Shown here one piece after another: positions 9,737 through 19,750 of a stretch of DNA of 54,075 nucleotides (the stretch's first letter is position 1; each line of letters opens with the position of its first letter). Origin of the DNA: Ylistrum balloti (taxonomy: Eukaryota). The position numbers were made by a program, and so were the translations under genes. The stretch lies in assembly GCF_031769215.1 (NCBI RefSeq), contig NW_026783112.1, positions 1 to 54,075 on the forward strand, read 5' to 3'. The notes beneath the pieces were generated by a model. The model made no database searches, had not been told where the DNA came from, and was given only the letters and a program-made list of their open reading frames with translations.

Positions 9737-10799
9737 TATAGGTGTATCCTCCTCCTACTGAAATAAATAAGAAATTTAAATATTCGAGATTGGAATAATC
9801 TTTGGAATGGTTTTCTGTAAGGTGTAATTTTTCTTTTTTTTCTTTGAACTCTCTTAGAAAGCAATCCAAGGTCACAGGGATACTGGCACTGGAAAGATTT
9901 CCCAGTCTTTCAATTTGTTTGAGAATGACAGTGTTCGGAGTTTGGATTTTTTTTTCAAAACTCATTAAAATTCTCAGATTGGCTTGGTGGGGTACGATGT
10001 ATTGAATATCTTCAAAACTTTGTTGACTGTTTTTTAATGTTTTAACAGCAATCCCGTGCATGGTGTTGACAGCATTTCTTTCTACCAGTGGTCCACTGTT
10101 AAAGAAAATATTTCCTGTTCTCTCCATGTAGACTTGTTCGCTGAAGGTAACCCCAGAAGCGAATCCCAAAACACCCTGTTGTTTGGATTTTTGAATAATG
10201 CAAGCTCCAGATCCATCACTAAAAATAATAGAGGATTTTGGATCATTAAAATCCATTTTGTCGCTTAAATTTTCTGAGGCAACAACTAATATCGTTTCAA
10301 AATGTTTGGATTCAACTTTTATTGCCGCATCTATTAAAGCATCTAAAAACCCGCTACAAGCCCCGTTCATGGTCACGGCTGAGGCTCGTTTCAAGTTGAG
10401 AAGACTTTTTAGTGTGGTTGCTGGAGAAGGCATGGTTCGACTGGAACTATAAGTTGAAAAAATAATTTGGTCGATGCTATCTGGATCAATACCAGCAGAT
10501 GAAATAGCCTTTTTGGATGCCTCTGCGGCCATCAATTCAACAAAGATTTTTTTTTCCTTTCCTAAATCATGAATTTCGTCTTCTTCTGAAATGAATGGTC
10601 GGGAGATAATACCGCATACCTGTCTTACCCAAGTGTCGAAAATTTCCTCGTCACTAGAATAGGTGACATCGAAATTTTTTTTAAGAAGTGATTCTTTAGC
10701 TTTCTCTAATTCAAAATTTGAGATTTTTTGATAAAGCTCTTTATTGTCAATAATTTTTGAAGGGATAAATGAACCAACGCTAGTAATTTCAACATTCAT
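9705..10799 (-). CDS. fabH: 3-oxoacyl-ACP synthase III (FabH-like)
   Basis: Catalytic triad motifs GACSGF, VPHQANLRI, LGNLSSASIP; FSDGSGACI. Confidence 0.88.
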   Translation of the reverse strand: MNVEITSVGSFIPSKIIDNKELYQKISNFELEKAKESLLKKNFDVTYSSDEEIFDTWVRQVCGIISRPFISEEDEIHDLGKEKKIFVELMAAEASKKAISSAGIDPDSIDQIIFSTYSSSRTMPSPATTLKSLLNLKRASAVTMNGACSGFLDALIDAAIKVESKHFETILVVASENLSDKMDFNDPKSSIIFSDGSGACIIQKSKQQGVLGFASGVTFSEQVYMERTGNIFFNSGPLVERNAVNTMHGIAVKTLKNSQQSFEDIQYIVPHQANLRILMSFEKKIQTPNTVILKQIERLGNLSSASIPVTLDCFLREFKEKKEKLHLTENHSKDYSNLEYLNFLFISVGGGYTYSALSTKIKNP

Positions 10800-11011
10800 A
10801 ATGACAAAAAGTAATCATTATTATATCATATTTAGTTTTTGTAAAAATGAGGGGTGATGAAGCATTATTAATGTTTATCAGTTTAAAAAAAAATGGATTT
10901 AGTTGAATGATGGTTAAAAATCAATGAATCAAAAATCAATAATTATGCTACAATAGAAAGGTTAACAATCTTACTTTTATACTTACTTTTATAGAAAGAA
11001 GAGGATAGCAC

Positions 11012-12118
11012 ATGATACAACTCGAAGTTAGAAATGTCGTTAAGAATTTTAAAAAAACCAATGTATTAAAAAATATTTCTTTTGAAGTAGAAAAAGGAGA
11101 GTTCATTGTTCTTGTTGGTCCTTCAGGATGTGGCAAGTCGACTTTGCTCAGGATCATTGCTGGGTTAGAAGATTGTACTTCAGGCATGATCAAAATCGAA
11201 GACCAAGTTGTTAATGATATCGATCCGTCTGACAGAGGTATTTCCATGGTTTTTCAGTCCTACGCTCTCTACCCACATATGAATGTCATGGAAAACATGA
11301 GTTTTGGGTTAAAGATGACCAAAACCCCTAAAAGTGTGATTAAAAGAAAAGTTGAAGAAGCTGCAGAAATCTTAAAAATTCAAAATTTACTAAAAAGAAA
11401 GCCCAAGGAGCTTTCAGGAGGACAAAGGCAGAGGGTTGCTATTGGAAGAGCAATTGTTCGTGAACCCAAGATTTTTCTTTTTGATGAACCTCTTTCAAAC
11501 TTGGATGCTGAATTACGGGTGCAGATGAGATTGGAAATTGCTAAATTGCATGAAAGTTTAAAAAGTACGATGATTTATGTGACCCATGATCAAGTCGAAG
11601 CGATGACCATGTCCGACCGAATTGTTGTTCTCAATAAAGGTGAAATCGAACAATTTGGCAAGCCTTTGGAACTGTATTCCAATCCCAAGAATTTGTTTGT
11701 GGCGGGATTCATCGGATCTCCTAAAATGAATTTTTTTAAAGTTTATGTCAGTAAAATTTCAGATAGAAATTTAGAGATCGCTTTCAAATCAGAAAAGTTA
11801 AAAATTAACTTGCCTATTAGCAAGAAAGATCAAACAAAAGCAAACCTTTCTAAAAATCAAGAATTGAATGTAGGTATCCGACCAGAGCACCTTCATTTAA
11901 AGAAGCATTCTCGCAATTCAATTCCCATGGAGTTAACCACGATGATTACCGAACGGCTTGGAAGTTTGTCCCACATTCATTGCAAGACAAAGACGAATGC
12001 TGATGTCGTCATCGAGCAAAGGGGTTACATCTCTCTTCCACCGAAGAAAAAAATCAAGACTTTTTTTGAGAAATCACATATCTATGTTTTCGATTTAGAA
12101 GGTAATCGAAAATTTTAA
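11012..12118 (+). CDS. Carbohydrate ABC transporter ATP-binding protein (MalK/UgpC/MsmX type)
   Basis: [60 protein letters not shown]; C-terminal regulatory domain. Confidence 0.95.
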   Translation: MIQLEVRNVVKNFKKTNVLKNISFEVEKGEFIVLVGPSGCGKSTLLRIIAGLEDCTSGMIKIEDQVVNDIDPSDRGISMVFQSYALYPHMNVMENMSFGLKMTKTPKSVIKRKVEEAAEILKIQNLLKRKPKELSGGQRQRVAIGRAIVREPKIFLFDEPLSNLDAELRVQMRLEIAKLHESLKSTMIYVTHDQVEAMTMSDRIVVLNKGEIEQFGKPLELYSNPKNLFVAGFIGSPKMNFFKVYVSKISDRNLEIAFKSEKLKINLPISKKDQTKANLSKNQELNVGIRPEHLHLKKHSRNSIPMELTTMITERLGSLSHIHCKTKTNADVVIEQRGYISLPPKKKIKTFFEKSHIYVFDLEGNRKF

Positions 12119-12127
12119 TAAGTAAAT

Positions 12128-13429
12128 TTGAACATATTGATTGTTGGATCAGGGGGAAGAGAGCATGCCCTGGCCTATATTGTTGAGAAATCTATCTCAC
12201 GGTTTTCTAAGCGGGGGAAGGTCTTTGTCGCACCGGGTAATGGAGGAACGGATTTTCACTATGAAAATTTAGAAGTAAAAATAAAGCCCCCCTTCAATGA
12301 ATTATTAGATACCATTAAAAAAAATAAAATTGATTTAGTTGTCGTTGGACCAGAAGATTATCTTTCATTAGGAATCACCGATCATCTCCAAAGTAATGGA
12401 GTCAAGGTCTTTGGGCCAAGTCAGAAAGCCGCACAGTTGGAAAGCTCCAAATCATTTGCAAAAGAAGTGATGCAAGAAGCAGGAGTGCCTACTGCGCCAT
12501 TTCATACCTTCACTAATCATGCATCAGCAAAACAATTTCTTTTAGAAAGTGATCAAAATTGGGTTTTAAAAGCAGATGGTCTTTGTGCTGGTAAGGGAGT
12601 GATTATCCCTCAAAACAAGAATGAAGCAATTGCCTCTTTAGATCACTATTTTCTTGAAAAAAAATTTGGAAGTGCCGGAGAAAAAATTGTTATTGAACAA
12701 TTAATGCAAGGACATGAAGCTTCTGTATTGGCTTTTACTGATGGAAAAACAGTTCGAACTTTACCAGTTTCACAAGATCACAAGAGAGTTTTTGATAATG
12801 ACTATGGCCCAAACACTGGAGGGATGGGGGTTTATTCGCCCGTTCCTTTTTTTACTGGTTTCCACCAACAAATTGTAGAGGAGCAAATCATTATTCCAAC
12901 ACTAAAAGAAATGAGAAAACGAAACATGCCTTTTAAAGGGGTACTCTATGCAGGTTTGATGATTAATAATGAAGATATTCGAGTGGTGGAATTCAATGTC
13001 CGTTTGGGCGATCCCGAATGTCAATGTGTTTTGCCTTTGTTGGACGGTGACTTGGTAGAAATTTTAATCGCTTGTGTCGAAGAGAGACTTGATCAAGTGG
13101 ATTTTAAAATACAAAAGAGACCCTCTTGCACGGTTGTCATGGCAAGTGGCGGTTATCCAGGTCAGTATGAGATTAATAAACCTATTAGTGGGCTGGATGC
13201 TGTTGATAAAGATTGCATGGTTTTTCATGCTGGAACAACCTACAAAAACGGAAAATTTTATACTAATGGAGGAAGAGTCCTATCCGTCACTGCTTTAGCT
13301 AAGAATGGCCAATCTTTTCTTAAAACTATAGAAAACTGCTATCAAGAGGTGGAGAAAATTCAATTTGAAAATGCTCACTACCGAAGAGATATAGGTCAAA
13401 AATCTCAAGGTTTATTTGATTCTATCTAG
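12128..13429 (+). CDS. purD: Phosphoribosylamine-glycine ligase
   Basis: GSGGREHAL, APGNGG, LESSKSFAK, KADGLCAGKGV, QDHKR, GPNTGGMG, EFNVRLGDPE. Confidence 0.97.
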   Translation: MNILIVGSGGREHALAYIVEKSISRFSKRGKVFVAPGNGGTDFHYENLEVKIKPPFNELLDTIKKNKIDLVVVGPEDYLSLGITDHLQSNGVKVFGPSQKAAQLESSKSFAKEVMQEAGVPTAPFHTFTNHASAKQFLLESDQNWVLKADGLCAGKGVIIPQNKNEAIASLDHYFLEKKFGSAGEKIVIEQLMQGHEASVLAFTDGKTVRTLPVSQDHKRVFDNDYGPNTGGMGVYSPVPFFTGFHQQIVEEQIIIPTLKEMRKRNMPFKGVLYAGLMINNEDIRVVEFNVRLGDPECQCVLPLLDGDLVEILIACVEERLDQVDFKIQKRPSCTVVMASGGYPGQYEINKPISGLDAVDKDCMVFHAGTTYKNGKFYTNGGRVLSVTALAKNGQSFLKTIENCYQEVEKIQFENAHYRRDIGQKSQGLFDSI

Positions 13430-13587
13430 ATCTACCTATAGTTATTAAAAAACTATAGAATAGCCATAAAATAAAATATCATTCTTTTTTTATTAAAAAT
13501 AATTTGAAAACTTGAATTTTTTTTTAAAGGCAAAAAAATTCAAGAATAAAAACCCAAAAACGGATAATTATTAAGACAATCTTTTAA

Positions 13588-16197
13588 ATGGCAGAGTTGG
13601 TCCGTACATTTTTCAATTCTTTTTCGAGTGGGAATAAGTATCTTAGTAGAAGTATTTATATTTTTTTAATTCTCATTTCACAGTTTTTATTCCTTATTTT
13701 AATTAGTTATACAGGTCAAGAAAATCACATTTTAGGGAAATGGGGGTATACCATTTCAAACACTTTGATGAAGGATTTTATAGGAATCACGGCTTTTGTT
13801 TTTCCTATAGGAATGTTTTATTTGGGTTTTTCACTTTTGAAAAAAACTCATAACATTAGTGAAATCATTCGGCATCTTACCTGGTTTGGAGCAGCATTTT
13901 TTTCTCTCAATTTGCTTTTACTCAATAGTTCTATCATCAATACTCCATGGGCAGGTCTTTTCCCAAGGTTTTTCCATGCCATTATCGTACATGGTTTTTC
14001 TCAGGAATTTGGGTTTAATTTTTTCGCATTTTTTTTTGAATTAGGATTTTTTATCCTTTTCACGGGGTTATTGATTAGAAGTTATCACGGGCTGGCATTT
14101 TATGAAATAATTAAAACTCTTAAAAGTCTCTTGACTAAAGGATTAACCTACACGAGGGGTTTTAAAAAGAAATGGGCTAATTTCTTTAAGATGGATGTTA
14201 GTTCCGACTCTAAAGTTTCGTTCATAAAAAGGGTCAAAGAGAAATTCATCGTTTTTTTCGATAATTATTTCAATCACTTAGTCGAGAAAGTTAATGAAGA
14301 AAATTTAGGTGACTATTTAAGTAAAGACCATCCTAAGGATTTCGTAGTTGCCACGGTTACTGGTCATCAAGCAAATTCGAATGAGAATAAACAAGGAAAT
14401 AATGTACATTCTCATTTCCAACAAGATGCATCTGATGAATCTAGCTTACAAGTAGATGATTCTCAAGAACCTCAATCGATCAAAGAGGAAATGGAATTTG
14501 ATTTAAAAAACAAAGAAATCATTGATTTGAGTTTACAAAATTTCTTTAAAAGTATTAATGAGGGTTTGGGGATTAGTGGTGAGGTAGACGAATCGAAAGC
14601 ATCATTAGATGAGTTAGGTCATACAGATAAAGATAAAAAAGAAGAAAAAGAAAATGCTTCACTAAATAAACAGCCTCACTATGAACTGGCTGACGAAACT
14701 CTGGCGGGAGAAGGAGATCTTCAAACAGAGTTAGAAAAGTCAGGGCTAAGTGTAATCAATTTGGTTACCGACATTTCAAAGGAAAAATGTTTGGCGGATT
14801 CCAAACTCTTAGTTTTCTCTAACAATCCCCAAAAGTCTAAAAATTTAGAAGAAGAAATACAACAAACATGTAAAAAGCTTGAAAACACCATTCAAGAATT
14901 TGGCATTCAAACACAGGTGGTTAATGTCTCCCAAGGTCCAGTGATTACACAATACGAGCTGACCATTGAACCTGGTGTTCACATTAATAAAATTGTTTCT
15001 TTAGCGGATAACATTGCGTTGGCACTTGCTGCCGAATCTGTAAGAATTGTTGCTCCTATACCAGGCAAGCCGGTAATTGGAATTGAAATTCCAAATAAAA
15101 TAAGAGAAATGGTCACTCTAAGGGATATTGTGGAAAGGGATGTTTTTAAAACTAAGAAAAATGCCCTACCCATTGCATTAGGGTCTTCAATTTCTGGTAA
15201 TCCGATTATTTCAGATTTATCAATCACACCTCATTTGTTGGTAGCAGGTGCAACGGGAAGTGGAAAATCGGTATGTGTGAACTCGATCATTTGTTCTCTA
15301 CTTTTAAGGTGCACACCGCATCAAGTACGTTTTTTAATGATCGACCCTAAGATGGTGGAGCTCAATATTTATAATGGTATTCCTCACCTATTGGCTCCCG
15401 TCATTACCGATCCTCCCAAGGCTTCCGCTGCTTTAAAATGGGCAATTGCTGAAATGGAAGCACGTTACCGACTTTTAGAAAAACATGGTGTGAGGAATAT
15501 AGCTTCTTACAATGAAATAGCCGAAAAAGCCGAAAAAAAAAATGATTCAAAACTAGGTATCCTTCCCTACATTGTTATTATTATTGATGAATTCGCTGAT
15601 TTGATGATGGTTGCAAGAAAAGAAATTGAAGATTCCGTTTCAAGATTAGCAGCAATGAGTCGAGCAATTGGCATTCACCTCTTGCTTGCTACCCAAAGAC
15701 CCAGTGTCGATGTGATTACGGGAGTTATTAAGGCTAATTTCCCTTCAAGAATCGCCTTTCAGGTTTCTTCGAAAATTGATTCTCGAACCATCATTGATTG
15801 CATGGGAGCAGAAAAATTACTTGGTAAAGGTGACATGCTTTTCCAAAACGTCGCATCCAATGGACCTAAAAGAATCCAAGGAACTTTCCTAAGTGATCAA
15901 GAAGTAAGAGAAATTGTATCGGATCTAAGGAATAAAGGAGAGGAAGAATACATTCTTGATTTTAAAGATGGCTCCAAATCATTGAACAATTTTTCCCAGG
16001 ATCATGGAGATGAAATCTTTGAAAAAGCAATTGAAATTGCCATGAAGGAAGGGAAGGTATCAACTTCTTTTCTACAAAGGAGACTTAGAATAGGTTATAA
16101 TAGAGCTGCAAGGATTGTAGAAATTATGGAAGAAAAAGGAATTGTAGGAGCATCTGATGGTGTTAAGCCTCGAGAGGTTTTGGTTTCAAATTTCTAA
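13588..16197 (+). CDS. ftsK: DNA translocase FtsK
   Basis: N-terminal TM helices, acidic linker, PHLLVAGATGSGKSV, DEFADLMM, ATQRPSVDVITG, gamma domain LQRRLRIGYNRAARI. Confidence 0.97.
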   Translation: MAELVRTFFNSFSSGNKYLSRSIYIFLILISQFLFLILISYTGQENHILGKWGYTISNTLMKDFIGITAFVFPIGMFYLGFSLLKKTHNISEIIRHLTWFGAAFFSLNLLLLNSSIINTPWAGLFPRFFHAIIVHGFSQEFGFNFFAFFFELGFFILFTGLLIRSYHGLAFYEIIKTLKSLLTKGLTYTRGFKKKWANFFKMDVSSDSKVSFIKRVKEKFIVFFDNYFNHLVEKVNEENLGDYLSKDHPKDFVVATVTGHQANSNENKQGNNVHSHFQQDASDESSLQVDDSQEPQSIKEEMEFDLKNKEIIDLSLQNFFKSINEGLGISGEVDESKASLDELGHTDKDKKEEKENASLNKQPHYELADETLAGEGDLQTELEKSGLSVINLVTDISKEKCLADSKLLVFSNNPQKSKNLEEEIQQTCKKLENTIQEFGIQTQVVNVSQGPVITQYELTIEPGVHINKIVSLADNIALALAAESVRIVAPIPGKPVIGIEIPNKIREMVTLRDIVERDVFKTKKNALPIALGSSISGNPIISDLSITPHLLVAGATGSGKSVCVNSIICSLLLRCTPHQVRFLMIDPKMVELNIYNGIPHLLAPVITDPPKASAALKWAIAEMEARYRLLEKHGVRNIASYNEIAEKAEKKNDSKLGILPYIVIIIDEFADLMMVARKEIEDSVSRLAAMSRAIGIHLLLATQRPSVDVITGVIKANFPSRIAFQVSSKIDSRTIIDCMGAEKLLGKGDMLFQNVASNGPKRIQGTFLSDQEVREIVSDLRNKGEEEYILDFKDGSKSLNNFSQDHGDEIFEKAIEIAMKEGKVSTSFLQRRLRIGYNRAARIVEIMEEKGIVGASDGVKPREVLVSNF

Positions 16198-17014
16198 ATT
16201 TTTTTGCGGGCTTTCTTTTTTAACGAAAAAGCTATGGATCATTCTTTTAGCTTTGCTATCATTTCTATGTTCTCAGGACTTTAAAGAAATTAATCTTGAA
16301 GAGATTGGTGGATTTATCCAAAAAGTACAAGATCATCGTGACACCTATACAAATATTCAATTAGATTTTCGAGAGTATTCAAGAGGACGTTTAGTCATCG
16401 GGAAACTCTATTTCCAAAAACCTAATCAACTAAGAATAACTTACTATCAAGGAAGCCAACCAGCAACGGAGATTTATCTTGGTGAATCTCAATTAATCAT
16501 TTACTTTATAAACAAATCAATTGTTTACCAACAAGAAAATTTCAATCGAATACCTAATGTCGCTAATTTAAGATTAGGTTCATTGGATTACTTATTAGAA
16601 AAATACAATGTCAATTTTAAAGAAAAAGATCCTGTATCGGCTTTTCAAAACAATGATTTCTTAAAATTTAATTTACCCAAAAACCCTGAACAACTTGCCT
16701 TTCACATGGTTCTCACTCCAAAGGATGTGACAAGTGGATTGGATGACATGGAGTTATGGTTTTTGGCTGAAGAAGATAAGGGTTTCATAGGGGAGGAACG
16801 CTATTATCCCACCCATATCGTTCGAAGTTTTTCAAAAAGTATTACTGGATTGAAAAGTGAAATTTACTTTTTTAATATCAAATTGGATAAACAATTTCCA
16901 ACAAAAACATTTGAATTCGTTATCCCAAGACATGTTAGGATTGTCAGGAATTTCTTCTCACCGTTAGAGAATGACATTTTAGAAGAGGATTTGGGAATTG
17001 AGGTAAATGAGTAA
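16157..17014 (+). CDS. lolA: Outer-membrane lipoprotein carrier LolA-like protein
   Basis: Signal-like N-terminus; GKLYFQKPNQLRITY; position between ftsK and the RodZ-like gene; true start uncertain (overlaps ftsK). Confidence 0.65.
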   Translation: MVLSLERFWFQISKFFCGLSFLTKKLWIILLALLSFLCSQDFKEINLEEIGGFIQKVQDHRDTYTNIQLDFREYSRGRLVIGKLYFQKPNQLRITYYQGSQPATEIYLGESQLIIYFINKSIVYQQENFNRIPNVANLRLGSLDYLLEKYNVNFKEKDPVSAFQNNDFLKFNLPKNPEQLAFHMVLTPKDVTSGLDDMELWFLAEEDKGFIGEERYYPTHIVRSFSKSITGLKSEIYFFNIKLDKQFPTKTFEFVIPRHVRIVRNFFSPLENDILEEDLGIEVNE

Positions 17015-17034
17015 TTAAAAAGAAAGACCCAAGA

Positions 17035-18207
17035 ATGGAAGAACCTCCAAATGATCATCAAGTAGATGCTCTTATCGATTTTGGTCAAAAAATCAAAGAG
17101 CATCGTCTAAGTAAAAATCTCAGCTACGAAGAACTCCAACAAAAAACTAAGGTTTCTTATAATTTTATTAGATTTCTTGAGGAAGAAAAATGGGATCAGT
17201 TACCAGCCTTTGCCTATTCTTATGGTTTGTTGGAAAATCTTTTGGAAGCGATGAGGTTGAGAGAAGAGGAAAAAAAAAAAATATTGATGGCTTTTAAAGA
17301 AATCAATCAAAATCCAAAGTCAACTATTGAGATTAAATTTCTAGAAGGCGATCAACAAGAAGAGAAAAAGGTTGATCCCAATGAAAAGAGTTTAAAAACG
17401 CATAGTGTTTGGCTTTTATTTTTTCTATTGATCCTTATTTTTTTATTGTTCTTTTATTTCAGTAGAGAAAAGAACGATAGCTTATTAAAAAGTTCTTCTT
17501 TGGAAGAAGAAACTGTTAAAAAAACCTATTACCTGTATAATAAATTCAATACTTTTGATTTAATTCCTAAGGATGAGGTGAGAGTTTTTTATAAAAATCA
17601 AACTTTGAGCTTTACTTTAAAAGAAATCCTCTCTTTAGACAGTGAACATATAGCGGTTTTAGATTTTAACAATCAAAAGATTATGAAAGTGAAACTTTTT
17701 GAAGAGGTAAGGTTGGATTTGGATGATGACCAGGCAAATGATTTGATCATTAAATTCCAAAAAACTATTGGAGAGGTTTCGATTATTTATTTTGCTATGA
17801 TCAATGAAAATGTTGAAGATGTCAACTTTGAAATCATTTGGAATAGTCAGGAGAAAATTGAGATTGGACGAAAAGAATACACCTTAATAAAAAACCAAAG
17901 AAAAAGTCCAATCCAAATTTTTATTAAAGCTACCACTCTTCCTGTTTATCTTTCCTATAATATTGACGGTCAACGGCAAAACTCTATTAACTTGCAACCA
18001 GGCAACTCAGTAACTCTCATAGGACAGGATCATTTTGAAATTCAAATCGGTAATTTCCGTTCCGTCACATTGGTTGTTAACTATGTCCCGATTATATTTA
18101 AATTAGAAAATGAAAACCAATTCGGAATTACGAAACTAGTTAAGTGGCTTCCCAGTTTCAGAAATGAAACCATGTTTGATCTTGTAGTGAGGGATTTGGT
18201 TGAATGA
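17035..18207 (+). CDS. RodZ-like helix-turn-helix membrane protein
   Basis: FGQKIKEHRLSKNLSYEELQQKTKV..IRFLEEEKWDQLP HTH, single TM (VWLLFFLLILIFLLFFYF), periplasmic C-terminal domain. Confidence 0.75.
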   Translation: MEEPPNDHQVDALIDFGQKIKEHRLSKNLSYEELQQKTKVSYNFIRFLEEEKWDQLPAFAYSYGLLENLLEAMRLREEEKKKILMAFKEINQNPKSTIEIKFLEGDQQEEKKVDPNEKSLKTHSVWLLFFLLILIFLLFFYFSREKNDSLLKSSSLEEETVKKTYYLYNKFNTFDLIPKDEVRVFYKNQTLSFTLKEILSLDSEHIAVLDFNNQKIMKVKLFEEVRLDLDDDQANDLIIKFQKTIGEVSIIYFAMINENVEDVNFEIIWNSQEKIEIGRKEYTLIKNQRKSPIQIFIKATTLPVYLSYNIDGQRQNSINLQPGNSVTLIGQDHFEIQIGNFRSVTLVVNYVPIIFKLENENQFGITKLVKWLPSFRNETMFDLVVRDLVE

Positions 18208-18908
18208 CAAACAATAAGGTTTTTACCATTCCTAATTTCATTACCTTATTTAGGTTTGTTGTACTTATTCTTCTTATTTGGGTATGGTTTGGAGTTTCTT
18301 TTAAAGATGAAATTGCAAGGCTCCTTCTTATAGTTTCCTTATTTATAATTGGTTCGGTCAGTGATCTTATTGATGGTTATTGGGCAAGAAAATATAAGGA
18401 GAAAAGCAAGGTAGGAGCTTTCTTAGATCCTCTTGTAGACAAGGTTTTTACACTTTCAATTTTTGTAGCCTATTTGTGGGTTGACTATATTGAAGTTTGG
18501 TGGGGGTTTGTTGCCCTGATTTTTTTGCGTGAAATCTATGTCACCCTTATTAGGGTTTATGCAACTATTCAAAATAAAGTCTTAATTACAGAAAAACACG
18601 GAAAAACCAAAATGTTGACCCAGGTTATTTGCCAATCGGTTATTTGGTTTTTCTTCCTTCAATATGCAATTACTTTTGAAATCCGTTTATTCAAAGACTA
18701 CCTTATTGCTAATAACTTTCAATTAGACTTGTTAAATCTTAACTTTGAGGTATTTTCAAATTTTTATACGAATGTTTACGGTTTAGACAGTTTTTGGATT
18801 CAGTTTCTCTATTATGCTCCTAATTGCTTGGTGGGTTATACAGCTTTTTTCACCGTGTACTCAGGTATTAAATATATTATCAGCAATCAGAAAACTCAAG
18901 AAGCCTAA
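18204..18908 (+). CDS. pgsA: CDP-alcohol phosphatidyltransferase (PgsA-like)
   Basis: TIPNFITLFR, SDLIDGYWARKY..GAFLDPLVDK signature. Confidence 0.88.
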   Translation: MTNNKVFTIPNFITLFRFVVLILLIWVWFGVSFKDEIARLLLIVSLFIIGSVSDLIDGYWARKYKEKSKVGAFLDPLVDKVFTLSIFVAYLWVDYIEVWWGFVALIFLREIYVTLIRVYATIQNKVLITEKHGKTKMLTQVICQSVIWFFFLQYAITFEIRLFKDYLIANNFQLDLLNLNFEVFSNFYTNVYGLDSFWIQFLYYAPNCLVGYTAFFTVYSGIKYIISNQKTQEA

Positions 18909-18958
18909 TACCTTTGATCCATTACTTTTAAAATCAATTTAAAAATAAGATCCAATGA

Positions 18959-18986
18959 TTGATTCACTCTTAGAATATGTTATAAT
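18959..18986 (+). promoter_or_regulatory. Sigma70-type promoter of tRNA-Ala
   Basis: TTGATT (18959-64), 16-nt spacer, extended -10 TG-T-TATAAT (18978-86), ending 8 nt before the tRNA 5' end. Confidence 0.7.
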
Positions 18987-18994
18987 ATAACTTA

Positions 18995-19067
18995 GGGGGC
19001 GTAGCTCAGTTGGGAGAGCACTAGCTTTGCACGCTAGGGGTCGTGAGTTCAATCCTCATCGCCTCCA
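18995..19067 (+). tRNA. tRNA-Ala (anticodon TGC); CCA not encoded
   Basis: Acceptor GGGGGCG/CGCCTCC with G3:U70 Ala identity pair; D-arm GCTC..GAGC; anticodon stem CTAGC/GCTAG with loop TTTGCAC; T-loop TTCAATC; 73 nt. Confidence 0.97.
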
Positions 19068-19087
19068 TTTTATTTTAATAGCGAGGT

Positions 19088-19657
19088 ATGAAAATGAAAA
19101 ATAAAATTTTAGTCGTAATATTGATAACATTACTTTGTTTCAATTTTGTGTTAGGTGTTTCATATAATGTGGACAAGGCTCATTCGTCTGTTGGATTTGA
19201 AGTAACCCACCTATTGGTGAGTGAAGTGGATGGAGTTTTTGAAGATTATAAAATCGAACTGGATATGGTTAAAAATAATATTCGAAAATTCAATATTACT
19301 ATCCAGGCAGATTCTATTGATACAAGGAATTCCAAGAGAGATGATCATTTGCGATCCAAGGATTTTTTTGAAGCAAAAAAATATGGAACAATTACATTTA
19401 AAAGTGTCGGTTATAAAAGAATTAATAAAAATCAAGGAATGATTCCTGGTGACCTGATTATGAAAGATGTTAAGAAAAGGGTTATCTTAAATGTAAAAAT
19501 AAGTGATCCAGTCTCTTTTAAAGGTAAAAAGGTCCATGCGGTCAAAATTGATTCTAAAATCAAGCGCAAGGATTTTAAAGTAGGGGCTAACTTTCCTAAT
19601 GCTGTGGTGGATGATCTTGTTAATATCAACGCTAGCTTAGAAATTTCCAAGAAATAA
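19088..19657 (+). CDS. yceI: YceI family (polyisoprenoid-binding) secreted protein
   Basis: Signal peptide; VDKAHSSVGFEVTHL, SIDTRNSKRDDHLRSKDFF, ITFKS. Confidence 0.92.
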   Translation: MKMKNKILVVILITLLCFNFVLGVSYNVDKAHSSVGFEVTHLLVSEVDGVFEDYKIELDMVKNNIRKFNITIQADSIDTRNSKRDDHLRSKDFFEAKKYGTITFKSVGYKRINKNQGMIPGDLIMKDVKKRVILNVKISDPVSFKGKKVHAVKIDSKIKRKDFKVGANFPNAVVDDLVNINASLEISKK

Positions 19658-19678
19658 TTCTTTTCAAAGAACAGCTCA

Positions 19679-19714
19679 AAGGGTTCCTCTTCATAATAAT
19701 TTGTGGGAACCCTT
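19679..19714. terminator. Probable intrinsic terminator hairpin between convergent yceI and uppP
   Basis: AAGGGTTCC...GGAACCCTT 9-bp stem in the convergent gap; long loop, weak U-tracts. Confidence 0.5.
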
Positions 19715-19750
19715 ATATATTTTAATCATTTCTTCTAAAGATTTGGTTCA

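Noticed and set aside
13436-13458. Hairpin CTATAGTT/AACTATAG after purD as terminator
   Set aside because: AT-rich weak stem with no clear U-tract; insufficient support
18995-19067. tRNA as prophage/island attachment site
   Set aside because: No integrase, no duplicated tRNA 3' end seen, and flanking genes are ordinary
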